A stretch of DNA of 36,648 nt from a virus. Its lineage: Duplodnaviria; Heunggongvirae; Uroviricota; Caudoviricetes. Of this stretch, positions 27,562-36,495 are shown one piece after another. The notes beneath the pieces were generated by a model. The model was not told where the DNA came from. It did no database searches and saw only the letters and a list, made by a program, of their open reading frames with translations. The position numbers and the translations under genes are program-made. Every line of letters starts with the position of its first letter. Within the stretch, counting starts at the first letter, position 1. The stretch lies in the IMG/VR virus record IMGVR_UViG_2675903330_000001, one strand, 5' to 3'.

Positions 27562-30500
27562 TGGGATTTGAAATATTAGTAGGCGCGGTTATTGCTGGTG
27601 CGTCTGCTGGGATGGCTGCTGCTGCAACGTTTTCTGTTATGACCGCAGTCGCTATCGGTATGGCTGCTGGTGCAATGACCTTGATCGCTTCCACTGTAGG
27701 CGCACCAAAAACACCGAAAGTACAAAGCCCAGATAATGCGGTGACACTAGGAACATCAAACGATCCTAAGACAGTATTACCCGTTCTTTTTGGTACTACC
27801 CGCACGGGTGCAATCTGCGTTTACAAGGCAATTTCACAGCGTGAAAATAACAAGCTGGTACAAATTTTTGCTATTGCCGAAGGTGAGATCGATCACTTTA
27901 AAGCACTGCACATCGATAATAAAAACGTTCTCATTAGCCAGAATATGACAATTCGTGATGGCATTCTCGATAAAGGAAACATTAAAGACGAATACCGCAA
28001 AGTTTTAGAAGTCGAGTTTCGCACGGGTAAAAATCCTAACACTGCATTGGATTTAGCTAAACATCATTTGGGCGCTGATTGGGATGATCGGTATCAGGGT
28101 AACGGCATTGCGACCATGTGTATTGTTTTACGTCGTGATGACAAATCTTTGGCTGCTGGTGTTGATATTCTCCAGCCTAATAGCCAGGTAGCGGTCGATG
28201 TTATGGGCTTAAAGATTCGTAACCTTGAAACCAATGCTATTGAGGCTAGCACTAACGGCGTGGACCAGATTTTCCATTATCTGACAAATACAAAGTATGG
28301 TCTTAGTGTACCGATTGAAAATATTAACGTTGATTCATTCCTGAAAGTGCGTAAACAAGTACGCCAGATGGATTTACATTCCAACGGTGCATGTGATCCG
28401 AACGCCAGCTTTAAAGAGAACTTAACTAGCCTTATGCAGACTTTCGGCGGGGTGATGTTCGAATCCTTTGGACGTATTACGCTGAAACTGGATGCTCCTG
28501 ATATTGTTAAGCATACCTTCAATGAAGACAATATCATGATGGGTAAGGTATCACTGAAAACAGGTGGCACTAACGGTTATTTCAATACCATTAACGCGAT
28601 GTATCAAGAACCATCAATCGACTATTCAGAGCAAATGCTACGTTATCCGGCTGATGCTGAAAACGATGCTACTATTCGTCAAGATGGTCGAATTATCGCT
28701 AAAGACATTGAATATCGTTTTGTTAAGTCTAAAGCCCAGATTGATAAACTAGCGAGTGTAGAACGAAATAAATCTCGTATCACTCAGGTTATCAGCTTTA
28801 TGACTACTGACGCATTCACCGCCGAAGTATGGGACGTTATCAGCGTAACCTATGATGAATTAAAACTGAATAATTCACTTTGGCGTATTACTGCAATTGA
28901 TCGTTCTATTGATTCTGGTATTGCTGGGATGATGACTATCACCGCTACAGAATATAATTCTCAGGTTTATACTGACCTGAACTATGCGGCGACTCCAGAC
29001 AATAGACCTACTGGTTTACCGGATTCAATGACAGTACAGAAACCGACTAATTTCAGAATTAAGGCAACTGGTGAGACAATCCACGGTAAAAACGTTACTT
29101 TGACATGGGATGCACCGGAAGATTTTAACCGCTACGGTTTCCAGATTGATTACCGTGTAAGTGGATCGCCTAACTGGATTAAGCTGGGGCAGACTTCACA
29201 GCAAATTTTCAATATCAATGCACTGGCAAAAGATCGCTCCTACGATTACCGCGTTTGTGCTTTCGGTATTATTGCTCGTTCCGAATGGGTGGAACTGGTT
29301 AACCAGAATCCTACTGTTACCTATGAATTGCCGACTCCGGTTATTCGAATCAAAAATCAGGGTAGCACGCCTGGTACTTTCGAAGGCAATGATCTGATTA
29401 TCGAATGGGAAAATCAGCAACAATTAGATGTGATGATCAACGGTGAAGCTAACAAGTTTAGTGACCTGTTTGAAGCATACATTATCAAGGTAACTAACAA
29501 GGCTGGTAAGTCTATTCAGTACCGTACCCGCGATCCTGAATCATGGACTTATACGCTTGATATGAACCAGTTTAACGGCCTTTCCCGTGAATTGACGGTA
29601 GAAGTATCAGTCAAGGGCTATAACAACTCAGAGAGCGCCCCAGCGCGTTTAGTGGCTATCAACCCACAACATAAGCCGATGAAAGGTTTTAGTGCGCGTG
29701 GTGGCTTTAATACTGCGTTTGTTAGCTGGGCGGATGACGTAGAACATGACTATGCAGGGTCAATCATTCAGTATGCAACCGATAATACTTTCTCCGATGC
29801 AAGGGCAGTGACTACCAATAGCGTTAGTCATACTTCCTTTGATTTGGCTGACGGTGATTATTATATCCGTGGTGCTCACTATGATATTTTCGGTATGGAT
29901 GATGCTGTTTGGTCTGAACCGTATTTCATGCAAATGAAATCTACCATTAGCTGGGACGATCAGGACAAAGAAGCACTGGAAGACCTGATTGGTTTACAAG
30001 ATCGCTTAGATGAAACCATCGCGGATGCTATTGCTCAAGCTGGCGCTAATGCCGATGCTAAGATTGATGCAATGCATAAACAGATTACTACCGAGACAGG
30101 GCAGACGGTCCAAGCCTCAGCCGATACTCTCAAGAGTCTGATTGCTACCAGTGAGCAAGCCAGCGCAACTAAGATTGATCAGGTTAAAGCTGAACTGAAA
30201 GGCGATATCACCAAAGAAGTTAGCGCATCCGCTACTACCCTGAAACAAGCAATTGCTACCAGCGAGGCAGCAAGCGCAAGTAAGATTGATCAAGTTCGGG
30301 TAGAAATGGATGGCAAGATTGCTGGTGTGAATCAGGAAGCAGATGTAAAAATCGATGCTTTGAAGGGAACCATTAACAGCAAATATAATCTGGCAGTTAA
30401 TGCAGATGGTCGCGTGGCTGGTATTCATATGAGCGCAACCAATGATCCGGCAGAACCGACAAGAATCATCTTTACGGCTGATAAAATCGCGGTAGCTCCA

Positions 30501-31337
30501 CAAGACGGATCAGAAGTTTGTCCGTTTGGTATCGAAGGTAACAAGGTTTATCTCGATAATGCCATGATTCGTAATGGGGCGATCGGAACAGCCCAGATCA
30601 ACGATGCTAGCATCACCACGGCTAAAATCGGCACAGCCCAGATTAACGGTGCTCACATCCAGCACGCCCAGATCGGAACAGGTCATATTATTGATGGCTC
30701 TATCGATAATGCTAAAATTGGTAACTATATCCAGTCTTATAACTGGAATGGTAACGATGGATGGTATATCGGCAAAGATGGCACTTGTCATTTTAGACAC
30801 GCTAATATTCGTGGTCATTTGGTGGCTGATTCCGGCGAAATGAACAACGTAACGATTAATTCAAGTTGCCGCATTTTGGGTATGCTTGATGCTAATCAGG
30901 TGCGTGGTGACTTCGTGAAAGCTATTGGTCGTCGATTCCCACATTGGGACGAAAACCCATCATTGGGCTATCCCGGTTATCCGCAAGGTACAATCACTGT
31001 TCGAATTGAAGATGATCACCCGTTTGATCGTCAGATTATCGTTCCGGCTATTAGCTTTGGTGGTCTTAATGCGCGTGAAGGCTCGAATAACAATACTTAC
31101 TATGATAACTGTCGCTTGATTGTTCGCAAGAACGGTGCTGAATTATATAACCGTGCATATGGCAGACAGACTGGATTGTATAGTGCTGTTATTGATATGC
31201 CAGCCGGACACGGACCAGTTACGCTAACTTTTGAAGTAAGTTCAAGCGCAATCAACAACTGGACTCCCAGCACATGGATCAGCGATCTTTCTGTAATTGT
31301 TACTAAGAAAGCCGCTACGGGTATTTCTGTTTCTTAA
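27561..31337 (+). CDS. central tail fiber / host specificity protein, gpI-gpJ fusion type
   Basis: 1258 aa. N-terminal Gly/Ala-rich hydrophobic segment plus VLPVLFGTTRTG resembles the lambda gpI C-terminus. C-terminus (DDHPFDRQIIVP ... VIDMPAGHGPVTLTF ... KKAATGISVS) closely resembles the lambda J receptor-binding end. Confidence 0.8.
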   Translation: MGFEILVGAVIAGASAGMAAAATFSVMTAVAIGMAAGAMTLIASTVGAPKTPKVQSPDNAVTLGTSNDPKTVLPVLFGTTRTGAICVYKAISQRENNKLVQIFAIAEGEIDHFKALHIDNKNVLISQNMTIRDGILDKGNIKDEYRKVLEVEFRTGKNPNTALDLAKHHLGADWDDRYQGNGIATMCIVLRRDDKSLAAGVDILQPNSQVAVDVMGLKIRNLETNAIEASTNGVDQIFHYLTNTKYGLSVPIENINVDSFLKVRKQVRQMDLHSNGACDPNASFKENLTSLMQTFGGVMFESFGRITLKLDAPDIVKHTFNEDNIMMGKVSLKTGGTNGYFNTINAMYQEPSIDYSEQMLRYPADAENDATIRQDGRIIAKDIEYRFVKSKAQIDKLASVERNKSRITQVISFMTTDAFTAEVWDVISVTYDELKLNNSLWRITAIDRSIDSGIAGMMTITATEYNSQVYTDLNYAATPDNRPTGLPDSMTVQKPTNFRIKATGETIHGKNVTLTWDAPEDFNRYGFQIDYRVSGSPNWIKLGQTSQQIFNINALAKDRSYDYRVCAFGIIARSEWVELVNQNPTVTYELPTPVIRIKNQGSTPGTFEGNDLIIEWENQQQLDVMINGEANKFSDLFEAYIIKVTNKAGKSIQYRTRDPESWTYTLDMNQFNGLSRELTVEVSVKGYNNSESAPARLVAINPQHKPMKGFSARGGFNTAFVSWADDVEHDYAGSIIQYATDNTFSDARAVTTNSVSHTSFDLADGDYYIRGAHYDIFGMDDAVWSEPYFMQMKSTISWDDQDKEALEDLIGLQDRLDETIADAIAQAGANADAKIDAMHKQITTETGQTVQASADTLKSLIATSEQASATKIDQVKAELKGDITKEVSASATTLKQAIATSEAASASKIDQVRVEMDGKIAGVNQEADVKIDALKGTINSKYNLAVNADGRVAGIHMSATNDPAEPTRIIFTADKIAVAPQDGSEVCPFGIEGNKVYLDNAMIRNGAIGTAQINDASITTAKIGTAQINGAHIQHAQIGTGHIIDGSIDNAKIGNYIQSYNWNGNDGWYIGKDGTCHFRHANIRGHLVADSGEMNNVTINSSCRILGMLDANQVRGDFVKAIGRRFPHWDENPSLGYPGYPQGTITVRIEDDHPFDRQIIVPAISFGGLNAREGSNNNTYYDNCRLIVRKNGAELYNRAYGRQTGLYSAVIDMPAGHGPVTLTFEVSSSAINNWTPSTWISDLSVIVTKKAATGISVS

Positions 31338-31354
31338 AATTTAATTCTAATAAT

Positions 31355-31397
31355 TAATCCCGCTTAATTCTTTTGAGTTAAGCGGGATTATTTTTAT
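31355..31397 (+). terminator. rho-independent terminator after the tail genes
   Basis: 12-bp stem AATCCCGCTTAA ... TTAAGCGGGATT followed by ATTTTTAT. Confidence 0.8.
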
Positions 31398-31442
31398 CTA
31401 AATAATTTTGCCATTAAACTATATAAAAATATCGGGGGCGTA

Positions 31443-31721
31443 ATGACTGAAATTATATATGGCGGTATCGGTGTTATCGCCTTAATTTGCGGTGGATTAT
31501 GGAGACTTCACCGAAATCAATTAGCAACTGAAAATAGATTGTCGAAATTGGAATCCAGCGACGCATTGTTAAACCAGAAGTTTGAGACGATGCAGAATAA
31601 CCATACTCAGATTGCTGAACGTGTTTACCAAATGGAACAAACACTACACGGTATAGAGAAGAAAGTGGTTGCGATGGACGCTAAGTTTGACCAAGTTCTC
31701 GACATACTCAAACAAAAATAA
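31443..31721 (+). CDS. membrane-anchored coiled-coil protein (XhlA-like or i-spanin-like lysis protein)
   Basis: N-terminal TM helix (IIYGGIGVIALICGGLW) followed by coiled-coil; begins the lysis region. Confidence 0.4.
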   Translation: MTEIIYGGIGVIALICGGLWRLHRNQLATENRLSKLESSDALLNQKFETMQNNHTQIAERVYQMEQTLHGIEKKVVAMDAKFDQVLDILKQK

Positions 31722-31740
31722 TAATAAAAGGGGTGAATAT

Positions 31741-31911
31741 ATGAAGAATAAACTTAAGAAATATTTTGGTTATCTCTTGATTGTCGCCCTCACTTATAAC
31801 GTAGCAATTAGACCTCTGCTTACGTCCTTTGGGCTTGAACTCCCGGCTATGACCGTGGATGAACAATTGCTAAGGACACTGGCGGGGGTCTTTTCGTTAT
31901 TAGGGGGCTAA
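31741..31911 (+). CDS. putative holin (56 aa small membrane protein)
   Basis: AAAGGGG RBS; a hydrophobic helix plus a second amphipathic segment; lies in the lysis cassette. Confidence 0.45.
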   Translation: MKNKLKKYFGYLLIVALTYNVAIRPLLTSFGLELPAMTVDEQLLRTLAGVFSLLGG

Positions 31912-31912
31912 C

Positions 31913-32596
31913 ATGGCAACCAGTACCAATAAACGAAACGCTCTAAGGACTAAGAAAGCGTTACGGCAATGGTCTGAAAAGGCAACCGATACATTCGAAA
32001 GGGCACTAGGGGAAGGGGCGATCTTTGCTTCCAGAGCACTCCAGAAGAAGATTAACAAGAATGTTGATAGACCTACTCGCTGGACTCAGCAAGCTGTAGG
32101 TAATACCAACTACAAGAACCGATCAGGGACGAGACACCAAATCTTCATCAAGGGCGCAAGGGATAAGGATAAGAAGATCGGCAGTCAGGACGACTATCTG
32201 AAACACTATTTCGATGGGGGCAAAATCAATAAGCTAGTTCCAATCGCCAACGGTAAGGTCTTAGACGCCCACGGGAACATTAAGGCCATCAAAGGCGGTA
32301 AGATGATGCGTAACCTCGAAAACGGCAACTTCATCAAGGTAGAGAACAAGGAAGGGACTTTTATCATGAAGAAGTACAAGCCTAAGAAATCCCGAACCAA
32401 ACGCGCTAGGAATGGATCGGCGGTGGCAAAACGTCGCTTAGAGAAACGCATACAGAAACAGAGCAAGCGAATTGTTGCCGTTAAATCGGATAAAATTTCT
32501 ACTCGTTATTCGACGCTAGGATCGTGGGAAAGCAACGAAGCAATGATGCTTGAAAACATCAATAAGCACATTAAATCGCGCATGAAATACGTTTAA
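31913..32596 (+). CDS. hypothetical highly basic protein (227 aa)
   Basis: Translationally coupled to the upstream gene; Lys/Arg-rich; no motif recognised. Confidence 0.5.
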   Translation: MATSTNKRNALRTKKALRQWSEKATDTFERALGEGAIFASRALQKKINKNVDRPTRWTQQAVGNTNYKNRSGTRHQIFIKGARDKDKKIGSQDDYLKHYFDGGKINKLVPIANGKVLDAHGNIKAIKGGKMMRNLENGNFIKVENKEGTFIMKKYKPKKSRTKRARNGSAVAKRRLEKRIQKQSKRIVAVKSDKISTRYSTLGSWESNEAMMLENINKHIKSRMKYV

Positions 32597-32634
32597 TCCA
32601 TAAATACCCTCATAGAAACTTATGGGGGTATAAC

Positions 32635-32982
32635 ATGGCTAAAAATATTTTCACTGAATTTCCTACTTATCCGGTCGATCAGCTTTCCGGTATTTTTATT
32701 AATGGCATTAGCCCAGAATCAATGACCTATGATTTTGAGGCGAAGAGAGTCCAACATAAACAATTCAAGCAGATGATCCGCGATGATGGTAACGGGCTAG
32801 TGTTTTGTGTTGCGACACTCGCTAAACGTCCTAAGTATCGCTTTCGTGTAGGGCAGGAGATTGATGTAGTTAATCCTTACAACTTCAATTGTATTGGCGA
32901 TACACGCGCGGTGTGTGTAGGGACAACTAACTATTATATCAAGGGACTTAGATTTACCGGCTATCTTATGCAATATATCTAA
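32635..32982 (+). CDS. hypothetical protein (115 aa)
   Basis: Intact ORF with RBS. Confidence 0.5.
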   Translation: MAKNIFTEFPTYPVDQLSGIFINGISPESMTYDFEAKRVQHKQFKQMIRDDGNGLVFCVATLAKRPKYRFRVGQEIDVVNPYNFNCIGDTRAVCVGTTNYYIKGLRFTGYLMQYI

Positions 32983-32991
32983 GGGGGTAAT

Positions 32992-33345
32992 ATGTTAAGT
33001 AAGCATTTTTCTCGCAAGGAATTTAAATGTAAATGCGGAAAATGTGATTATGATACAATCGACGCTGAATTACTGGTGATTCTTGAGGATGTACGAGAGC
33101 ACTTCGGTAAACCAGTGATTATTAACAGTGGCAACCGTTGCCCGACTCATAACAAGAATGTAGGCGGGGCAGCCAATAGCTATCACGTTCGAGGCCGCGC
33201 GGCTGACATTGTTATCAAGGGTGTCTCGCCTGATATTGTTCATGCTTATCTTGATGGGAAATATCCTACTCAATACGGCTTAGGAAAATATAAAACCTTT
33301 ACGCATATTGATTCCAGATCAAAAAAATCACGGTGGAATGGATAA
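32992..33345 (+). CDS. peptidase M15-family cell-wall hydrolase (putative endolysin)
   Basis: Zn-binding motifs of the M15 fold: NSYHVRGRAADI and the downstream HID; 117 aa; terminator directly after. Confidence 0.65.
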   Translation: MLSKHFSRKEFKCKCGKCDYDTIDAELLVILEDVREHFGKPVIINSGNRCPTHNKNVGGAANSYHVRGRAADIVIKGVSPDIVHAYLDGKYPTQYGLGKYKTFTHIDSRSKKSRWNG

Positions 33346-33351
33346 AACAAA

Positions 33352-33376
33352 AGCGCCTCTGGTGGGCGCTTTTTTG
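33352..33376 (+). terminator. rho-independent terminator
   Basis: AGCGCC-TCTGGTG-GGCGCT followed by T5. Confidence 0.7.
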
Positions 33377-33709
33377 TTAGAATATGCTGGCGACGTTAGC
33401 TATATTTCTGACCATTTTTTCATTATAGACAAATATACCGCAGATGATAAAGTGGTATTCGACGAAGTTGATCCGTCTCTGGTTGAAGCAATGAAAGAAC
33501 CTGAGATCGTCATTGAAGAAACAAAAGAAGAATCTCCAGCAGTTGAACCAGTGGTCGAAGAAGTTAAGTCAGATGTTGAAGAAGCACCGGAAGTTAAAGT
33601 GGAATCTCCGGTAGCCAACATTTTCTCTGACGAAGCAGAGCATCGTTCTCCGGCACATGACACTGATTCATTTTGCGATCTTACTGGTTTCCAAAACTAC
33701 AATAATTAA
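33374..33709 (+). CDS. hypothetical acidic protein (start uncertain)
   Basis: The frame is open from inside the endolysin gene across the terminator; the real start is probably downstream of it (TTG at 33374 or an internal ATG). Very acidic Glu/Val/Pro-rich sequence. Confidence 0.3.
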   Translation: MLEYAGDVSYISDHFFIIDKYTADDKVVFDEVDPSLVEAMKEPEIVIEETKEESPAVEPVVEEVKSDVEEAPEVKVESPVANIFSDEAEHRSPAHDTDSFCDLTGFQNYNN

Positions 33710-33755
33710 TTCTTATAAATAGTAGTGAATATTATTTTATTGAGGATTCACTACT

Positions 33756-34754
33756 ATGAATACTACTTTAGCAAAGGATATCGAATTTACCGCAAAAAGC
33801 AAACGTGCGACCCCTCCGGTCGAATATGAAACCAGAATCATTAAAGTTTGTCAAGCGCATGGATGGTTATACAGTGGTTTTGTGCTTCCTGTAAAGAAAC
33901 CATTCCAGAACACCAAAGTTTGCATAGAAGTTAACGGAAAGGTTAAAACGCCATGTATTAGTCATGTTCTAACTGGTCAGTTTACTGGCAAAGATAGAGT
34001 ATCACCGCCTAAGAAGAAGTTTAGATTTACCGAAGAAGAACACTTAGAAAACGCTCGCAAGTTCTACAAGCCGATAGGGTGGGATGTGTTAGGTCTGGCT
34101 GAACCTTATCAGGGTGTTGACACTAAACTAATTCTTCGTTGTAAGTGCCACGGAAAGATTCACAAGAAAGGTGATTTACACAATAACCGCAGACAAGGCG
34201 GGTTAACATGCCCTTTGGTTAGGGGTGTACTTAAATCAATTCAGAATGGTAGAAAACAGGTTATCAGAAACAAGTTTGCACAGCGCCCTATGCACTTTTA
34301 TCTAATTCGTGTTGGCGAGAAGTTTTTCAAATATGGAATTACCACTCGCAAAGATCCGATGCAACGGGTAAGAGAACACCAGAAGCACACCAGCGAGAAA
34401 ATCACCTTTGAATGCTCACATTTGTTTAACATTGGATGGAAAGCTGGTGATTTAGAAATGGGGATTAAAAAGAATATTCAGGGCAAGAAAATCCCACGTA
34501 AGGTAATGAATAGCGGATTCACAGAAACGCTACCGATTAGCAAGCTGAAAGATGTTAAATCATTCATCAATGAATACATCCACACCAACCCATCTAAGCC
34601 AATGTATTTTGATGATACCAACGCAATCAATCTGAACAACTACATTAGTGATGAAGACATAGAACGAGATTTATCGCAGTGGATGAATGCACCGTTAGCT
34701 GATTTAACACCGGAAGACCTAGAACTCGATTTAAGCCCTTTAGAGGCTCTTTAA
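33756..34754 (+). CDS. hypothetical protein with Cys/His-rich N-terminal region and GIY-YIG-like (T5orf172-type) C-terminal domain
   Basis: GAGGA RBS; FYLIRVGEKFFKYGITTRKDPMQRVREH resembles the GIY-YIG / T5orf172 core; several Cys and His upstream (CQAHGW, CIEVNG, RCKCHGKIHKKGD, LTCP). Confidence 0.45.
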   Translation: MNTTLAKDIEFTAKSKRATPPVEYETRIIKVCQAHGWLYSGFVLPVKKPFQNTKVCIEVNGKVKTPCISHVLTGQFTGKDRVSPPKKKFRFTEEEHLENARKFYKPIGWDVLGLAEPYQGVDTKLILRCKCHGKIHKKGDLHNNRRQGGLTCPLVRGVLKSIQNGRKQVIRNKFAQRPMHFYLIRVGEKFFKYGITTRKDPMQRVREHQKHTSEKITFECSHLFNIGWKAGDLEMGIKKNIQGKKIPRKVMNSGFTETLPISKLKDVKSFINEYIHTNPSKPMYFDDTNAINLNNYISDEDIERDLSQWMNAPLADLTPEDLELDLSPLEAL

Positions 34755-34770
34755 TACAATTAAATTAAAA

Positions 34771-34790
34771 AGGGGTACAGATGTACCCCT
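34771..34790. terminator. bidirectional terminator hairpin between convergent genes
   Basis: GGGGTAC-AGAT-GTACCCC with an A-run upstream and T-rich sequence downstream; serves the integrase on the minus strand and gene 33756-34754 on the plus strand. Confidence 0.6.
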
Positions 34791-34827
34791 TAAAGTGTTT
34801 AGCTCGTTATACGTCGATTTAGGCCGC

Positions 34828-36495
34828 TTAAATTCCAAATTCCTGTAATGGACCTGGTATTTCCTCTTCTGGTTTCCAGTCTTTATCTGTCAGCATGTCT
34901 AAACATGGATGCAGAACAAGCCCGTTACTCTCCAGAATCTGCCTATCATTGATAGTTTTCAAATCGACAAAGATTTGTCCTTTCCTCGTTCCTCTTGAAT
35001 TTTCTATTACAACTCTCTGGGTCTTTCCATCGATGTATTCCAGCACAAACAAGTTTTTATTTCTGTCAATCCTGCTACACCCGATCCGCTTTAGAGCTTG
35101 CTTAATCTTAAACCGGACCTTTAGTCGTTCCTCGTTATAAACATCTTCTAAATCAAATTCTGCGAGCTTCTCCCAGCCTTGAGAGTCCACAGAATACATT
35201 TCCTCTTCTGCCATCTTGATCTGATTGTAGAGTGTTTCACGCTCGCTATTGAGGGTAGTAATCTGATCGGCTAGCTCCTTCGTTGCTCCTGTCATAGCAG
35301 AAAGGGCAATCAGGTTATCAATCTTGCGTGATATCTCATCAACCTGTACTTTCAACGCCGGAACCGGATTAGCCTTGTCCTCAGCAATCCATATTTTATC
35401 AGCCAGCAATTGCAATACAGCTTTCTCTAATTGATCACCTCGAAAACTCCAGTTTGGATGCTCGCAATCAAGTCTACGTGAACGGGTCGCATCACATGTA
35501 TAACGATACTGGTCAGAACGTTTGTTCGTTCCCTTCACTTTAACCATAGCGCAACCGCAATGATCACATTTCAATAGGCCAATACCACTAAGCAGGGGGA
35601 TCGGTTTAACTTCTTCCTTGTCTCCAAAGTTCCATGCTCTAGCACCAATATTTTTCTTAAGGTGATAGAACGTAGCATCATCAATAACACGAGGGTAATA
35701 ATCCTTTAACTCATAGTTAACACCATCTACAGAGACTTCCTTGATACCAATCAAAGCGCGGGTATGGAACAACCTTTCAACCATTGCCCGTGACCATTTT
35801 GAATGCTTCTTATTACTAACCGCTGGTGGCGGTGTATATGTCTCGTTAAGGTGATCCAGTATTTCGGCGGTTGAACGTCCATTCTTCCGTAATTCCACAA
35901 TCTCCTGAACAACAGGGAAGTATGTAGGATGAGGCAACACATAACCGGAAGTGGTATCCGTCCACCACATATTCTTTCCAACTTCCTCGATTGCCACTGC
36001 CGGATTCTGGGGATTTTCTTGATGGGCTTTAATCTTAATCAGTGCGCTTGAGTTAGTACGATTGCGCTTAGTCTGGCTTTCCTCATTACCACGGATGAAT
36101 AAAAGGATGGAGAACATCAGGTCCATCGGGTTAGCGGTAACAGTATCCAGCGAGTAGATCTTGTTATCCATGCCAGTAACAATGGTTATCCCCCTACGGA
36201 TGATTGAAAGGAATAACTCCTGCGCACTGACAATATCGGCACGGGATAAGCGGTCCAAGTTTTCAATGAATAGCCAGCTACCAACAGGAACGGATCTACC
36301 AATTGCATCAAGGAAACGAGATAGCGCCCCTGTTTTGGAGTTAGCACCCTTAAACGCAGATACACCCAGATCCTGATAATCATTTACCAGTTCAAGGTCA
36401 TACTTTGCCGCAACCTCTCTCGCCATCCTGATTTGTCGTTCATAACTCGAACCATCATTCTGACGCATAGACGAGAAGCGAATATACGAATACAG
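34828..36495 (-). CDS. large serine recombinase (prophage integrase), 5' end interrupted by IS1
   Basis: Resolvase-type catalytic region, recombinase domain, zinc ribbon (CDHCGC ... CDATRSRRLDCEH) and coiled-coil. The catalytic Y-x-R-x-S motif (LYSYIRFSS) lies upstream of the first ATG (36468) and runs directly into the IS1 terminus at 36496 with no start codon in between. Confidence 0.8.
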   Translation of the reverse strand: MYSYIRFSSMRQNDGSSYERQIRMAREVAAKYDLELVNDYQDLGVSAFKGANSKTGALSRFLDAIGRSVPVGSWLFIENLDRLSRADIVSAQELFLSIIRRGITIVTGMDNKIYSLDTVTANPMDLMFSILLFIRGNEESQTKRNRTNSSALIKIKAHQENPQNPAVAIEEVGKNMWWTDTTSGYVLPHPTYFPVVQEIVELRKNGRSTAEILDHLNETYTPPPAVSNKKHSKWSRAMVERLFHTRALIGIKEVSVDGVNYELKDYYPRVIDDATFYHLKKNIGARAWNFGDKEEVKPIPLLSGIGLLKCDHCGCAMVKVKGTNKRSDQYRYTCDATRSRRLDCEHPNWSFRGDQLEKAVLQLLADKIWIAEDKANPVPALKVQVDEISRKIDNLIALSAMTGATKELADQITTLNSERETLYNQIKMAEEEMYSVDSQGWEKLAEFDLEDVYNEERLKVRFKIKQALKRIGCSRIDRNKNLFVLEYIDGKTQRVVIENSRGTRKGQIFVDLKTINDRQILESNGLVLHPCLDMLTDKDWKPEEEIPGPLQEFGI

